From an uncultured Planctomycetota bacterium (GTDB taxonomy: Bacteria > Planctomycetota > Phycisphaerae > Tepidisphaerales > Tepidisphaeraceae): DNA of 64,000 nucleotides. How positions within the stretch are numbered: the stretch's first letter is position 1; each line of letters opens with the position of its first letter. This document shows, piece by piece, positions 10,501-19,918 of this stretch. The stretch spans positions 800,001 through 864,000 of the forward strand of contig CAWJEN010000005.1 of the NCBI GenBank assembly GCA_963841915.1, written 5' to 3'. Under the pieces are notes generated by a model, which searched no databases, was not told the DNA's origin, and saw only the letters and a list, made by a program, of their open reading frames with translations. Position numbers and translations under genes: made by a program.

Positions 10501-10836
10501 CTCGCTGTAGGCGTCGATGAAGCCGGCGTACATCGTGCGGCCTTGCAGATCGACCCGCGTCGCACCGGCCGGGATGTCGCCACCGATGCTGATGACGCGG
10601 CCGTCACGCACGACGACGGTGGCGTTCTCGACCACTTCGCCCGGCCTTGGGATGAGGCGCACCTTTTCGATGACGAACGACTGCGGCACGTTGCGACGCA
10701 AGCCGTCCGGCGGGGCCGTCTGCTGCTGGGCGGACGCGGTGAGCGTCAAGGCAAAGAAGCAGAGGACGACACTCAAGCGACGAATCACGTCGGCAGCGTA
10801 GTGCCGATGGGTCTGAGGAGCCGCATTCACCGGCAA
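7534..10836 (-). CDS. Large two-domain exported amidohydrolase
   Basis: Two amidohydrolase repeats. The second has PGLIDAHTH, KFALGENVK, HCHSYRQDE and QHILEGYK. Start uncertain. Confidence 0.88.
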   Translation of the reverse strand: MPVNAAPQTHRHYAADVIRRLSVVLCFFALTLTASAQQQTAPPDGLRRNVPQSFVIEKVRLIPRPGEVVENATVVVRDGRVISIGGDIPAGATRVDLQGRTMYAGFIDAYSEADVPAVDETNGYWNKYVTPQRSAADAISSATAARPSGFVARVIAPDTGIIRGTIALASTADTPRVLASDLGMAMRHTAERAPWGTPAPYPRSPMGAVALARQAMYDAQWYRDANDAVEADPTLPAVEHNDALAALVPVADGEMIAWIVCDDERFVLRARQYADEFELDAVAVASGDEYRRADLVAEADLPLVVPVNFPAPPDVTSPAKASATSLRDLMDWDLSPSNVAYLHEREAAVAFTTRGLDDVAEFLPNVRRAIARGLPADAALAMLTTKAADLLDQGDHLGVVEAGKLASFVIADGDLFDPAGEAKIVEVWVEGERYEIEARQPDGLAGVWETVGLKLTLADGDAWKASFAAGDASADAKNLEQVGDGVSFTVDAKPLGQDGVASVSLTLAGGTLRGVASMPDGTRKSLAFDRTGDAAAATQPVKPEGNTPTAGPDEAAIRGGVAPPTELDVPTEDDQRPGTAAIVDENETPKDSEASPDREGGVSETPATTQPSTQPADPSLTVGARLDKSPLFEVNYPLGAYGMSASELPRPRYSRITGATVWSLGEAGVVTNAMIELADGKIGVVADEQKRSEWHYLAADPVDGKRIESVDATGRHITPGLIDAHTHIATDGGINEGTQAVTCEVRIGDFIDPDDIDIYRQLAGGTTAANILHGSANPIGGQNQVVKFRWGVGPEELKMAQAPKGVKFALGENVKQSNWGEQFATRYPQTRMGVQEVFADSFRAAQDYRAARQKFADEGGMPVRRDLELDALVEMLDGDRLIHCHSYRQDEILATMRTLEGFGIKIATFQHILEGYKVAKEMAAHGVGGSTFSDWWGYKFEVMDAIPYAAGIMHEAGVVVSLNSDDAELARRLNTEAAKVVKYSGVSEEEALKMVTLNPAKQLGIDEFVGSLEPGKAADFVVWSGHPLSSTSVVEQTWVDGVKVYDREEHAAMTRKNAEMKAALIQKVLGSGETPAEPGSTTRPSDLWPRHDEACHAFDH
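8960..9059. repeat. REPIN-like inverted repeat (family A) inside the amidohydrolase CDS
   Basis: Perfect 28-bp IR AAGCGAGCCCCGACCGTGAGGGAGGGGT (8960-8987 and 9032-9059) with a 44-bp spacer. Second copy at 41320-41402. Confidence 0.85.
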
Positions 10837-10842
10837 AGCGAC

Positions 10843-11520
10843 TTAAGTGGCGTTGCCCAGAAGGCTCCTGCCCTTCATGCGTCTGGCGGTGTGCGTCTCC
10901 TGCAACGAGCGGATGGAGGCTGCGAGCTCATCGGTCAGTTCCTGCGGCCGACGACGCTTGTTGCCTGCGGTGACGGAAATCGGCTTGCCCCAGGCGATCA
11001 TGGGCGTTTGTGGCGTGAGGTAGGCCTCGAGCATCGGCGTGCGGCGTTGGCGGCCGTCGATGAAGACCGGGTGGATGTCGGCTTTGCCGCGCAACGCCAT
11101 CGTCGCCACGCCGACGCCGAACGGCATCAGCGACCGCTCGGTCTCGATGCGACCTTCGGGAAAGACGCCGACCACGCGGCCGTCGCCCAGCACGCGCAGC
11201 GCCTGCCGCCAGGCTTTGGTGTCGTGGGCCTCGCGGTCGATGCGGATCATCTCCACGTGCTCGAGGAACCACTTCAGTGACGGCAGGTCGTAAAACTCGC
11301 TGGTCATGACCCACGTGATGGGCCGCGGACACGTCGACTGAATGGCCAGCGGGTCGAGGCCGCTCGTGTGGTTCGCGGCGATGATGGCCGGCCCGGTCGC
11401 CGGAATCTCGCACCGGCCGACGAGCTGACGCTGCTGGTACCCGCGGCCGAACAGATCGGCGACGACCATCAGCGCGCGGACGTCGAGGCGACGTTCGTAA
11501 GTCTGAGGCTTAGATCGCAT
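10843..11520 (-). CDS. Lysophospholipid acyltransferase (PlsC family)
   Basis: NHTSGLD (HX4D) and VFPEG motifs. Confidence 0.88.
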   Translation of the reverse strand: MRSKPQTYERRLDVRALMVVADLFGRGYQQRQLVGRCEIPATGPAIIAANHTSGLDPLAIQSTCPRPITWVMTSEFYDLPSLKWFLEHVEMIRIDREAHDTKAWRQALRVLGDGRVVGVFPEGRIETERSLMPFGVGVATMALRGKADIHPVFIDGRQRRTPMLEAYLTPQTPMIAWGKPISVTAGNKRRRPQELTDELAASIRSLQETHTARRMKGRSLLGNAT

Positions 11521-11555
11521 CACCACGGCGCAGGACGGTAGTGCGGCGACGGCCG

Positions 11556-11831
11556 ATGGCATACAACAGGGGCGTGTCTCGCAACGACGGCCTCTTCGAT
11601 CCGCCACCACCGCCCGGCCAGGGGTCGACGGCCAACGTCGTCGCCGCCATCGCCAGCGCGTTCATTCCCGGGCTCGGGCAGCTCGCCCAGGGTCGCATCG
11701 GGCCGGCAATCTTTTTCTTCGTTGTGGACGTGCTGGTGTGGATCTTGACCTTCGCTTGCTTGCCGGGCGTGGCGATCATCATGCACATCTGGGCTTGCCT
11801 CGACGCCGCCTGGTGGGAGCCGACGAAATGA
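11556..11831 (+). CDS. Small membrane protein
   Basis: SAFIPGLGQLAQGR motif and two hydrophobic helices; ATGA overlap with the next gene. Confidence 0.75.
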   Translation: MAYNRGVSRNDGLFDPPPPPGQGSTANVVAAIASAFIPGLGQLAQGRIGPAIFFFVVDVLVWILTFACLPGVAIIMHIWACLDAAWWEPTK

Positions 11832-12277
11832 GTGTGACCGTCCGTTCTGCCGCGGCCGGTGACGTCGAGACGCTCGCCAACTTCAACATTCGGCTCGCCA
11901 GCGAAACCGAGTCGCACGATCTCGACGCGCCGACGGTGCTTGCCGGCGTCGCCGCCGCTGTTGCCGACGAGCGCAAAGGCCGCTACTTCGTGGCCGATAT
12001 CAACGGCGAGATTGTCGGCTGTCTGATGATCACGCTCGAGTGGAGCGATTGGCGGAACGGCGATTTGTGGTGGATTCAGAGCGTCTACGTGAAATCCGCC
12101 CATCGCGGCCGCGGGGTGTTCCGCGCGCTTCACGCCGAAGCCCGCAACGCCGCCCGGGCCGCCGGCGCCCGCGGCCTGCGGCTGTACGTCGAGCGTGACA
12201 ACGAGACGGCCATCGCGACGTACAAGAAGCTCGGGATGAGCGACGCCGGGTACTTTCTGATGGAAGAGATGTTCTAA
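11828..12277 (+). CDS. GNAT N-acetyltransferase
   Basis: EWSDWRNG...WWIQSVYV...HRGRGVFRAL and LYVERDN motifs. Confidence 0.9.
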   Translation: MSVTVRSAAAGDVETLANFNIRLASETESHDLDAPTVLAGVAAAVADERKGRYFVADINGEIVGCLMITLEWSDWRNGDLWWIQSVYVKSAHRGRGVFRALHAEARNAARAAGARGLRLYVERDNETAIATYKKLGMSDAGYFLMEEMF

Positions 12278-12335
12278 GCGGTCCGCTACGCTGACGCGTT
12301 GACGCAAACGCCGCCGTTCAAGTAGTGTCCGATCG

Positions 12336-13490
12336 ATGCATGACGGGACATGGGCACGTCGTCTGATCAGTTGTGTGGTTTTGACCGCGTGGGCTGCAAC
12401 GGCCGCCAGTGCGGTCGGCATCGAGTCGCTCGGCGTACTGCCGGGGGACTTCGGCAGCGCCGCCATCGACCTCAGCGATGACGGCGAGGTCGTGATCGGG
12501 ACCAGTGACGGCGACCCGTTCTTCTGGCGACGCGGCGTCGGTCTCAATGCCATGCCGACGCAGCTTTTCGGAGAGGATTATCGCCTCAACGCCATCAGTG
12601 GTGACGGGGCGACGCTCGTCGGCACCTTCGATCCGGGCAGACGCTCCAAGCCCTTGCTTTGGCAGCTGCCCGGCGTGCCGCGGCTGCTGGAGCGGCAAGG
12701 CGAAGAAGACGAATTCATCGCCATCTCCGCTGACGGCAGAGCCGGCGTCGGTCACGCCGAGATTGGTAACAACTTCGCCCTGACGCGGTGGGACTTCGAG
12801 AACGGACTGTCCGTGATCGGTCGATATCCGCCGGGCAACGCCACGCGAGCGATCGGCATCAGCGACGACGGCTCCACAATCTTGGCAGAAGCGTTCGATG
12901 TCGACAGGCGGCCGTTTCCCGTCCGTGTCGACGCAGCCAACGTGTTCACGCCCTTGCCGGCAGCCGACGGTGGTTTCCTGTCGGGCAACGCGAGCGGCAT
13001 CAGTGGGGACGGCTCGACGGTCGTCGGTGCTGCCGGGTTCGACGGTTTTCTTGGGAGGCAGGCGTTTCGCCAGGTTGGCAACGAATTGGCCGAACCGCTC
13101 GGCGTGAGCGGCTTCGCAGAAGCGGTGAGTGGTGACGGGTCTGTCGTCGTCGGTCACGGCAGCATCAACGGCAGCGAGGGTTTCAAGGCCTTCGTCTGGT
13201 CCGAGCAGACAGGGCCCGTGCTGCTGTACGACCTGCTGACGAGCAACGGCGTCGACCTGTCCGGTTGGCTCGACCTGCAATCGGCCGACGCCATCTCGCC
13301 GGATGGCCGCTGGCTCATCGGCACGGGACGAATCAACCAGTTCGAGCGCCGGGCGTTCCTCGTTGAACTGCCGACGCTCGTCCCGGAACCGGGCGTGGCA
13401 ACTTCGGTAGCATTCGCAACCCTTGCGCTTCTCCGGCGGACCCGACGCCGAACAGACGCAGGTGTTGCCGCGTCGGCTTGGAGCGTGTAG
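12336..13490 (+). CDS. Extracellular repeat (HAF-like) protein with PEP-CTERM sorting signal
   Basis: Signal peptide, repeated A(I/V)SxDGS/T units, and a C-terminal VPEP-hydrophobic-RRTRRR tail. Confidence 0.85.
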   Translation: MHDGTWARRLISCVVLTAWAATAASAVGIESLGVLPGDFGSAAIDLSDDGEVVIGTSDGDPFFWRRGVGLNAMPTQLFGEDYRLNAISGDGATLVGTFDPGRRSKPLLWQLPGVPRLLERQGEEDEFIAISADGRAGVGHAEIGNNFALTRWDFENGLSVIGRYPPGNATRAIGISDDGSTILAEAFDVDRRPFPVRVDAANVFTPLPAADGGFLSGNASGISGDGSTVVGAAGFDGFLGRQAFRQVGNELAEPLGVSGFAEAVSGDGSVVVGHGSINGSEGFKAFVWSEQTGPVLLYDLLTSNGVDLSGWLDLQSADAISPDGRWLIGTGRINQFERRAFLVELPTLVPEPGVATSVAFATLALLRRTRRRTDAGVAASAWSV

Positions 13491-13506
13491 CCTTTGCCAC
13501 TCGATC

Positions 13507-13575
13507 ATGCCGTCCCGCCTTCTGCTTACCGATCTGCTCCTCCTCGGCCTTGGCCGCGGTGGCGTGACTCGGTAG
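13507..13575 (+). CDS. Putative leuA leader peptide (22 aa, 8 Leu)
   Basis: MPSRLLLTDLLLLGLGRGGVTR* ends 82 bp upstream of leuA. Confidence 0.75.
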   Translation: MPSRLLLTDLLLLGLGRGGVTR

Positions 13576-13603
13576 CGGCCGCGATGACGGCAACCCGAAC
13601 ACG

Positions 13604-13640
13604 ACGCCCCGCGGCCCACGCCGCGGGGCGTTCTGCGTAT
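13604..13640 (+). terminator. Attenuator/terminator hairpin before leuA
   Basis: 12-bp stem ACGCCCCGCGGC-CCAC-GCCGCGGGGCGT followed by an imperfect T-rich tail. Confidence 0.7.
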
Positions 13641-13657
13641 ACCTTCTTCGCCCTGCC

Positions 13658-15217
13658 ATGACCGACACCCTCCGCATCTTCGACACCACCCTGCGCGACG
13701 GCGAGCAATCGCCCGGCGCCACCCTCACCCGCGCCGAGAAGGTCGAGATCGCCCGCCACCTCGCGGCCATGGGCGTCGACGTCATCGAGGCCGGCTTTCC
13801 CGTCTCCTCACCCGGCGACTTCGAAAGCGTCAAAGCGATCGCCGGCGAAGTGACTGACGCGACCATCTGCGGCCTGGCCCGGTGTGTGCCGCTCGACATC
13901 GACCGCGCGGGCGAAGCCGTCAAGGACGCCGCCAAACCACGCATTCACGTCTTTTGTGCCACGAGCAAGATTCACCGCGAGCACAAGCTCAAGAAGGGCA
14001 AGGAAGACATTCTCGAACTGGCGGTCAAGAGCATCAAGCACGCCTTGAGCTACTGCGACGATGTCGAGTTTTCGCCCGAAGATGCGAGCCGCACGGAGTA
14101 CGAGTTCATCCGCGACATCACCGCCGCCGCCGTCGAAGCCGGTGCGAAGACGATCAACCTGCCCGACACGGTCGGCTACAGCTACCCGCACGAGTACGCC
14201 GAGGTGTTCCGCCGCGTGCTCGAAGACGTGCCGAGCATCAGGGAAAAAGGCGTCTATCTCAGCACGCACTGCCACAACGATTTGGGCATGGCCGTCGCCA
14301 ACACGCTCGCTGCCGTCGAGGCCGGTGCGAGGCAGGCGGAAGTCACCGTCAACGGTATCGGTGAGCGGGCGGGCAACGCGAGCCTCGAAGAAATCGTGAT
14401 GGCCCTGCGGACCCGCCGAGACCACTTCGGCATCGACACCAACATCGACGCCAAAAAGCTCTACCCCGCCAGCCGCATGGTCAGCACGTTCACGGGTCTG
14501 GCCGTCCAGCGGAACAAGGCAATTGTCGGGCAAAATGCGTTCGCCCACGAGGCCGGCATTCACCAGGACGGCGTGCTCAAGCACCGCGAGACGTACGAAA
14601 TCATGAACCCCGCCGACGTCGGCGTGGCGAGCAATCAACTGGTCCTCGGCAAGCACAGCGGCCGGGCTGCCTTCCGAGACCGCGTGCTGGCGCTGGGCTA
14701 CAAACTCGACGACACGATGATCGAGAGCAGTTTCGACCGGTTCAAAAAGCTCGCCGACAAGAAGAAAGAGGTCTTCGACGAGGACATCGAGGCCATCATC
14801 GACGACCTGCTGGAGGCGGGCGACGCTGTCGGTAAGTGGGAGCTGGCCGGCCTGCAGGTCGTCGCCGGCAGCGACACGGTGACGCCGACCGCCACGGTGA
14901 CGCTGAAGAACCCGGAAGGTGAGTCGGTGTGCGATGCGGCCACGGGCGACGGGCCGGTCGACGCGATCTACTCGACCGTCATGCGCATCGTCGGCCGCGA
15001 GTTCAAGCTGGTCGACTACCGCATTCGTGCCGTCACCGGTGGCAAGGACGCCCAGGGCGAGGTCAATGTCGAACTGTCGGCAGACGACGGCACCCGCGCC
15101 ACCGGCCGCGGTTTGTCGACCGACATCCTCGACGCCTCGGCCCGCGCGTACATCGCAGCTGTCAATCGCATGGCCAACCAGACCCGGCGAACGGTGACGC
15201 AGCACAGCGGCGTGTGA
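13658..15217 (+). CDS. leuA: 2-isopropylmalate synthase
   Basis: [40 protein letters not shown] and the regulatory domain GDGPVDA. Confidence 0.96.
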   Translation: MTDTLRIFDTTLRDGEQSPGATLTRAEKVEIARHLAAMGVDVIEAGFPVSSPGDFESVKAIAGEVTDATICGLARCVPLDIDRAGEAVKDAAKPRIHVFCATSKIHREHKLKKGKEDILELAVKSIKHALSYCDDVEFSPEDASRTEYEFIRDITAAAVEAGAKTINLPDTVGYSYPHEYAEVFRRVLEDVPSIREKGVYLSTHCHNDLGMAVANTLAAVEAGARQAEVTVNGIGERAGNASLEEIVMALRTRRDHFGIDTNIDAKKLYPASRMVSTFTGLAVQRNKAIVGQNAFAHEAGIHQDGVLKHRETYEIMNPADVGVASNQLVLGKHSGRAAFRDRVLALGYKLDDTMIESSFDRFKKLADKKKEVFDEDIEAIIDDLLEAGDAVGKWELAGLQVVAGSDTVTPTATVTLKNPEGESVCDAATGDGPVDAIYSTVMRIVGREFKLVDYRIRAVTGGKDAQGEVNVELSADDGTRATGRGLSTDILDASARAYIAAVNRMANQTRRTVTQHSGV

Positions 15218-15235
15218 GGCGGGCCCGCGTCCGAA

Positions 15236-15643
15236 TTGAATCCGCAACTGCTCAAGCCCGTTGCGCCATCGTCCGGGGACGAAGTATCCTGCGGCACCAC
15301 GTGTGTTGGTCGCGAACTCCATGATCAGGGGCCAGTACCTGATCAGCAGGGTTGTCTTGTCCCAGTACCGCAGCTTCTGCCACTTCGAATCGAGGAAGAA
15401 GACCGGCAAGTCTCCCTCCAGCCAAGCAGCCTTCTCGTGTGGTGACCGGGAGATGCGAACGTCACCTGAAAGTACAGCCCATCGCCCTTCACGCGTCGCA
15501 AGATCACGCAGCCAATCTTGATCTGGTGTATCAGCTGGAAACAGGTCCCGAAGGGCAGCGACTACGTGGCCCTCGTGTCGGCTCAATGCGGTCAATCCCG
15601 CTCCCCAATTGGGCGGCAGGTTGTGATCTACAAGAAAATGCAT
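15236..15643 (-). CDS. VapC45-like PIN toxin (no stop codon at the expected end)
   Basis: MHFLVDHNLP...TPDQDWL...VLSGDVRISRSPHEKAAW. The frame stays open to 13808, antisense to leuA. Confidence 0.75.
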
Positions 15644-15660
15644 CGACCTTTGTGAGCGAC

Positions 15661-16356
15661 TCAAGCAGCCATTCTGCCGCCTGCCTCGAAACCGACTGCC
15701 GCCCTGACCGATGCCACACTGACTTGGTAGATCGCGGCAACTGCCTCGATGCTCTTCTCGACCTTCAGCGCGTTTGTGAGCGTCACCGTCGGCACGCGGC
15801 TGCTCGCCATGATCGGCTGTCCAAAGCTCAAAGCGGGATCAATAAGGATGCCGGCACGTTTGCCCGACGGCCACCAACGAGCGGCCTCGTTCTCCAAGTC
15901 AAACTCGACGTCCTTGAGAACAGGGCCCAGCACTTCCTTGATAGCGTACTGCCTACGTGCAAGATCGACTAAGGTCGCCTCGCCTGTTTCATCAGCCACG
16001 TCTGCAAAGATGGTGCGGCCGTCTGTGCGGAGCCTGCGATTAGCAAAAGGGTGAGGCGTTCGCAGGATGTCGGATGCGTGTTGCCTCACCCTGCGAATTG
16101 TCGGCCATCCGACACCTTGCTGGCGTATGGCGTCGATGACGCGTACCTCGATCAGGTCCAGGAAGCCGAGCGCAATTCTTCCGTCAATTGCTGGCAGTTG
16201 ACTTGTGAGTCCTTCACGCTCGCCCCAAGCTCCGTACCATAATCGCACCTTGGTAGCCGCCACACCGGTGAGGCGTTGCACGACGACCGGCGAGTAGATG
16301 CCTACTCCCGTAAAGGTCTTTGAGCCCTGCGAACTTGATAGTGAAGTTACATGCAC
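15661..16356 (-). CDS. DUF433-domain antitoxin with N-terminal HTH (VapB45-like)
   Basis: GIYS...LGFLDLIEVR and ILIDPALSFGQPI...VRAAVGFE; directly upstream of the PIN gene. Confidence 0.85.
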   Translation of the reverse strand: MHVTSLSSSQGSKTFTGVGIYSPVVVQRLTGVAATKVRLWYGAWGEREGLTSQLPAIDGRIALGFLDLIEVRVIDAIRQQGVGWPTIRRVRQHASDILRTPHPFANRRLRTDGRTIFADVADETGEATLVDLARRQYAIKEVLGPVLKDVEFDLENEAARWWPSGKRAGILIDPALSFGQPIMASSRVPTVTLTNALKVEKSIEAVAAIYQVSVASVRAAVGFEAGGRMAA

Positions 16357-16393
16357 GGCGCGATGAGATCATAGCGCATGAAGATGGTTGTCG

Positions 16394-16690
16394 CTAGCGG
16401 TCCAACCGCTTCTCCTCGCGGCGGACTTCGTCTGTTGTGGTCCGACGGAAGACGACGCCGGGGTGTCCAGGGTCGCGGTGCTCTTTGATCTCGGAGGCCT
16501 TGGCGACGGTCATCGGGTCGTGCTTTACAGCGGCGCGAACGTGGCCGACCTGGCGGCCTAGCCAGCCGAAGAAACCCTTGCCGGGGAGCGACTCGTCGAC
16601 ATTGGCCACGTCGGACACGGTAGGTCTTGCACGAACGAAACGAGCCGAAGGCGTCTGCCTTCGGCTCGTCATCTCAAGACGTTGTTGCAT
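16394..16690 (-). CDS. Small hypothetical protein
   Basis: 98-aa ORF immediately downstream of the beta-propeller gene on the same strand. Confidence 0.6.
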   Translation of the reverse strand: MQQRLEMTSRRQTPSARFVRARPTVSDVANVDESLPGKGFFGWLGRQVGHVRAAVKHDPMTVAKASEIKEHRDPGHPGVVFRRTTTDEVRREEKRLDR

Positions 16691-16693
16691 CGA

Positions 16694-17938
16694 CTAAGGC
16701 AGCAGCATGGCCACTTCGCCGACCTGGCCGCGGCCGAGGACCGGGTCGATGGCGACGACTTCGCCGCTGAGGGTCGCGGCGAAGATGCGTGGGCCCTTCG
16801 TGTTGCGGGCGAACCGCTGGAAGTCGCTCCGCTCGCTTACGAAGAGTTTCTTACCAGACTTCTTGTCGTGAGCGGCGATGCGGCCGTCGTTCTGGAGCAG
16901 GTAGACGCGGCTGTCGTCGTGGCTCAGGAATGCGTAGGCGTCCTCGGCGGTCCACGCGGCCTGTCGGCTGTTGCGACTGCCGTCGAGCTTCGGCAAGGCG
17001 ACGACGCCGGTACCTGAGACGGCCTGGTAGACCCACTCGTCGGTCGGGACGGCCGCCTGATAGAGCGGCCGACCGGCGAAGTAGCGCCATTGCAGCTTGC
17101 CGCGGTCACGGCTCAGGACGTTGAGCGTGCCGTCGGTACCTGCGACGTAAACGCCGAACGTATCGACCTCGATGTTGGCGTTGATGCCACGGCCGGGCTC
17201 GCTCTCGAAGTAGGTGTTCGTCCACGCTTGGCGGAGCGATGCCGTCAGGCCGTACGTGCGACCTTCGAGGTCGGCAACGAAGACGCGACCCGCAAAGCTT
17301 GCCGGCCGCGAGGCGATGGCCCCGATCTGCACACGTTCGAGGATCGCGCCGTACGGGCGGAGCGGGTCGACCTTGAGCAACCGGCCGCCGTAATCGTCGG
17401 CCGAGCCGATGATGACGTTGCCGTCTTCAGTCGGTACGGCGGCCGTCGTCAGGCCGCGGGCCAGCGTCGTCTTGCTGACCTCGCGGCCGTCGTCGTTAAG
17501 GTTGACGAAGCCGCTGGCCGTCGGGAAGACCAGGACGCGCTCAAGCGCGCCCGCCCTGCCCTTGGCCGGCACGATGACCGGCGGGTAAAGCACGTCGTTG
17601 GGACGAACGACGGGCGTGATGAACTGTGTCCGGCCGCCACCGGCGCTGACGCGCTGGACGACCTTCTTGTCGGTGTAGACGAAGACGGAGTCGTCCCGCA
17701 GGAAGACTTGGTCGATGTCGCCGTGCCGGCTCGTGTCGAGGTTGACCCGCCAAGCGACTTGGAAGCTGTTGGGCTCGATGAGTCGCGAGCCCTGGGGCGT
17801 GGTGTCGACCGGTTGCGGCGAAGCACAACCGACGAGGGCAAGCCCGGCGACGGCGACGACTGCTGCGGGCAGGTCGCGGGTCAGGCGTCGCAGGAGGCGA
17901 GCCCGCTCGGGTGAAGCGGCGCGGTGCTTGGATCGCAT
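16694..17938 (-). CDS. PQQ-like beta-propeller lipoprotein (BamB-like)
   Basis: Lipobox ALVGC and repeats such as VYVAGTDGTLNVLSRDRGKLQWRY. Start uncertain. Confidence 0.75.
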   Translation of the reverse strand: MRSKHRAASPERARLLRRLTRDLPAAVVAVAGLALVGCASPQPVDTTPQGSRLIEPNSFQVAWRVNLDTSRHGDIDQVFLRDDSVFVYTDKKVVQRVSAGGGRTQFITPVVRPNDVLYPPVIVPAKGRAGALERVLVFPTASGFVNLNDDGREVSKTTLARGLTTAAVPTEDGNVIIGSADDYGGRLLKVDPLRPYGAILERVQIGAIASRPASFAGRVFVADLEGRTYGLTASLRQAWTNTYFESEPGRGINANIEVDTFGVYVAGTDGTLNVLSRDRGKLQWRYFAGRPLYQAAVPTDEWVYQAVSGTGVVALPKLDGSRNSRQAAWTAEDAYAFLSHDDSRVYLLQNDGRIAAHDKKSGKKLFVSERSDFQRFARNTKGPRIFAATLSGEVVAIDPVLGRGQVGEVAMLLP

Positions 17939-18275
17939 CGAGGTCGAAACGGTAAACGAAGGAAGGTCGGTCACGGTGGCGGTCAGGTCCGGGCGCAAGC
18001 GGCGGCCTCCTCTTGAGGAGCGGTGTCGCGGGTGATCCGAGTGGCCTATCTCGCAGGGACCGGCGTGGCCCGGGGTGGGCCTGAGGTGGGAGGCGGAGGT
18101 GGCGAACACAAGGCACGCCGGTTCCGCCGGGCCGGTCGCGAGGGCGGCATCGGGCGGGGGTGGGTCAGGGAGCGTACCGCCCCCGCCGCACAAGCGTCAA
18201 TCGCCACGCACGTCCGAATACACGACCAGCCGGTCGCCATCCCCTCGGCCCCCTGCTCAGGGGGGCCATGTTGGG

Positions 18276-18977
18276 GTGGCGGACATTCCCGCCTCAGCGG
18301 CCCATGGTGCTGCCGTGGACACGGATGTCTCACAACTTCCTCCTCGTGCCTCGGTATGCGTCGCATGGGCCAAATTGGCCCTAGACGTGGCTGCGGCAAG
18401 TCGGGCGACGCGGGTTGCGCGGCTCGAGGACGGGCTGCGCCGGGTGGTGCTGGGGGGTACGAGGGGTACGGGGGGTCGGGAGGGCCAGGGGCGGCGGGTG
18501 GAGGTCCGGTGGCTTCGCAGGAACCTGCGAGGCCGCTGGATCCGCTCGCCGGGGCGCCCCATTACCGTCGGATCGGGCCAGGCATCATTCGCACTCGACA
18601 CGCAACCTGATGCGTCGGGCAGCGGCATCCGCCTTCACTCAGATGAAGCGACCGCAAGCGTCGTCTGCTGGGCTGGCGACGCAGCTTGTGTGGTCGGTGC
18701 AAGTGGAGACGACGCCGCCACCGTCGCGGCCGCGACGGCAACGATCGGGCTTCACGTCATTCAGGCCGTCACACTGCGACCGACACCGCAAGTACGGGCC
18801 AGCCACCGCCGCGTGCTCGACCTGCTGCTCAAGGGGCTGTCAGAGCCGGCGATCGCCGAGCAACTCGATATGACGGAAGCGGCCGTTCATGGCCGCGTGC
18901 GACGGATCTACAAGTCGCACGCCGTCACAAGTCGGCCGATGCTGCTGGCTCACTATCTGAAGCAGTCCGACAGTTAG
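18276..18977 (+). CDS. LuxR-type C-terminal HTH transcriptional regulator
   Basis: VLDLLLKGLSEPAIAEQLDMTEAAVHGRVRRIYKSHAVTSR. Start uncertain (frame open from 18075). Confidence 0.75.
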   Translation: MADIPASAAHGAAVDTDVSQLPPRASVCVAWAKLALDVAAASRATRVARLEDGLRRVVLGGTRGTGGREGQGRRVEVRWLRRNLRGRWIRSPGRPITVGSGQASFALDTQPDASGSGIRLHSDEATASVVCWAGDAACVVGASGDDAATVAAATATIGLHVIQAVTLRPTPQVRASHRRVLDLLLKGLSEPAIAEQLDMTEAAVHGRVRRIYKSHAVTSRPMLLAHYLKQSDS

Positions 18978-18983
18978 CCGCTG

Positions 18984-19691
18984 CTACTTCAGCTCGACCG
19001 TCCAGTACGCCTCGTCGAGGAACTGCTTCCACGACGCGTATCGGGCGTCGCCCAGCCGCACGTTGACGGTCGGCGACCGCTTGGGCTTAACGGGCCGGCT
19101 CAGTAGCTTCATATGCGCCTGCTCGGGCGTGCGGCCGCCCTTCTTGACGTTGCAGGCGATGCAGCACGTCACAATGTTCTCCCACGTCGTCGGCCCCTGC
19201 TGACTCCGCGGCAAGACGTGGTCGAGCGACAGCTCGCTCGTGCCGAACTTCTTGCCGCAGTACTGGCACCGGTTGGCGTCACGGGCGAAGATGTTTCGGC
19301 GGTTGAACTTCACCTCCTGCCGCGGCAACCGGTCGTAGCCCAGCAGCCGAATGATCCGCGGGACGGCGATCGGGAACCGCACCGTTCGGATCCAGTCGAA
19401 GCCGTCGGGCTCGAACTTGGCGTGCAGCTCGCTGAGCTCTGTCCACGACTCGAAGTCGAGGTTCTGCCACTGGCTGACCGTGCCGTCCTTGTGAGTCTCG
19501 ATGTGGATGACCTCGGCCAGCTCCTTGCACAGCAGGCCGAAGGCGCGTCGCACGTTGACGATGCGGACGGCTTGATAGTTGCGATTGAGCACAAGCACGC
19601 TGGCGGCAAGGCCACCGGACGAAAGGGCAAGTGCCGCCGAGGTGGTGCCGTGGTCGACGGCGAGATCGTTGAGAGTCGGTAGTCGGCGCAC
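18984..19691 (-). CDS. HNH endonuclease (McrA-like)
   Basis: VLVLN...FNRRNIFARD..CQYCG..LSLDHVLPRS..TWENIVTCC..CN.KKG. GTG start follows an AAGGAG site. Confidence 0.9.
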   Translation of the reverse strand: MRRLPTLNDLAVDHGTTSAALALSSGGLAASVLVLNRNYQAVRIVNVRRAFGLLCKELAEVIHIETHKDGTVSQWQNLDFESWTELSELHAKFEPDGFDWIRTVRFPIAVPRIIRLLGYDRLPRQEVKFNRRNIFARDANRCQYCGKKFGTSELSLDHVLPRSQQGPTTWENIVTCCIACNVKKGGRTPEQAHMKLLSRPVKPKRSPTVNVRLGDARYASWKQFLDEAYWTVELK

Positions 19692-19918
19692 GGTTGAAAG
19701 GTCTCCTTCCTTCGCCCCCGTTGATCGAGGTCGATGGTGCCGAAACTCTACCCGCCGACCGAACATCGGCCAAGCCTGAACCGCGACGTCGGACGTCGGA
19801 GCGTGAGATTTATCATGAAATGAACACGCAGATCTGCAGCGTCACACGCTCCGTCCTTGGGCCAGCGTTGACAGTTCTTGCGCTCGCGCCGCAACCTTTG
19901 GGCAGTAGGGTTCTGAGC

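Noticed and set aside
5075..11280. Long + strand ORFs (675, 423 and 761 aa)
   Set aside because: Antisense shadows of well-supported minus-strand genes, as expected at high GC.
18984..19691. HNH gene as a mobile homing or defence element
   Set aside because: Host-like composition, with no intron, methylase or flanking repeats. It looks like a stand-alone chromosomal HNH.
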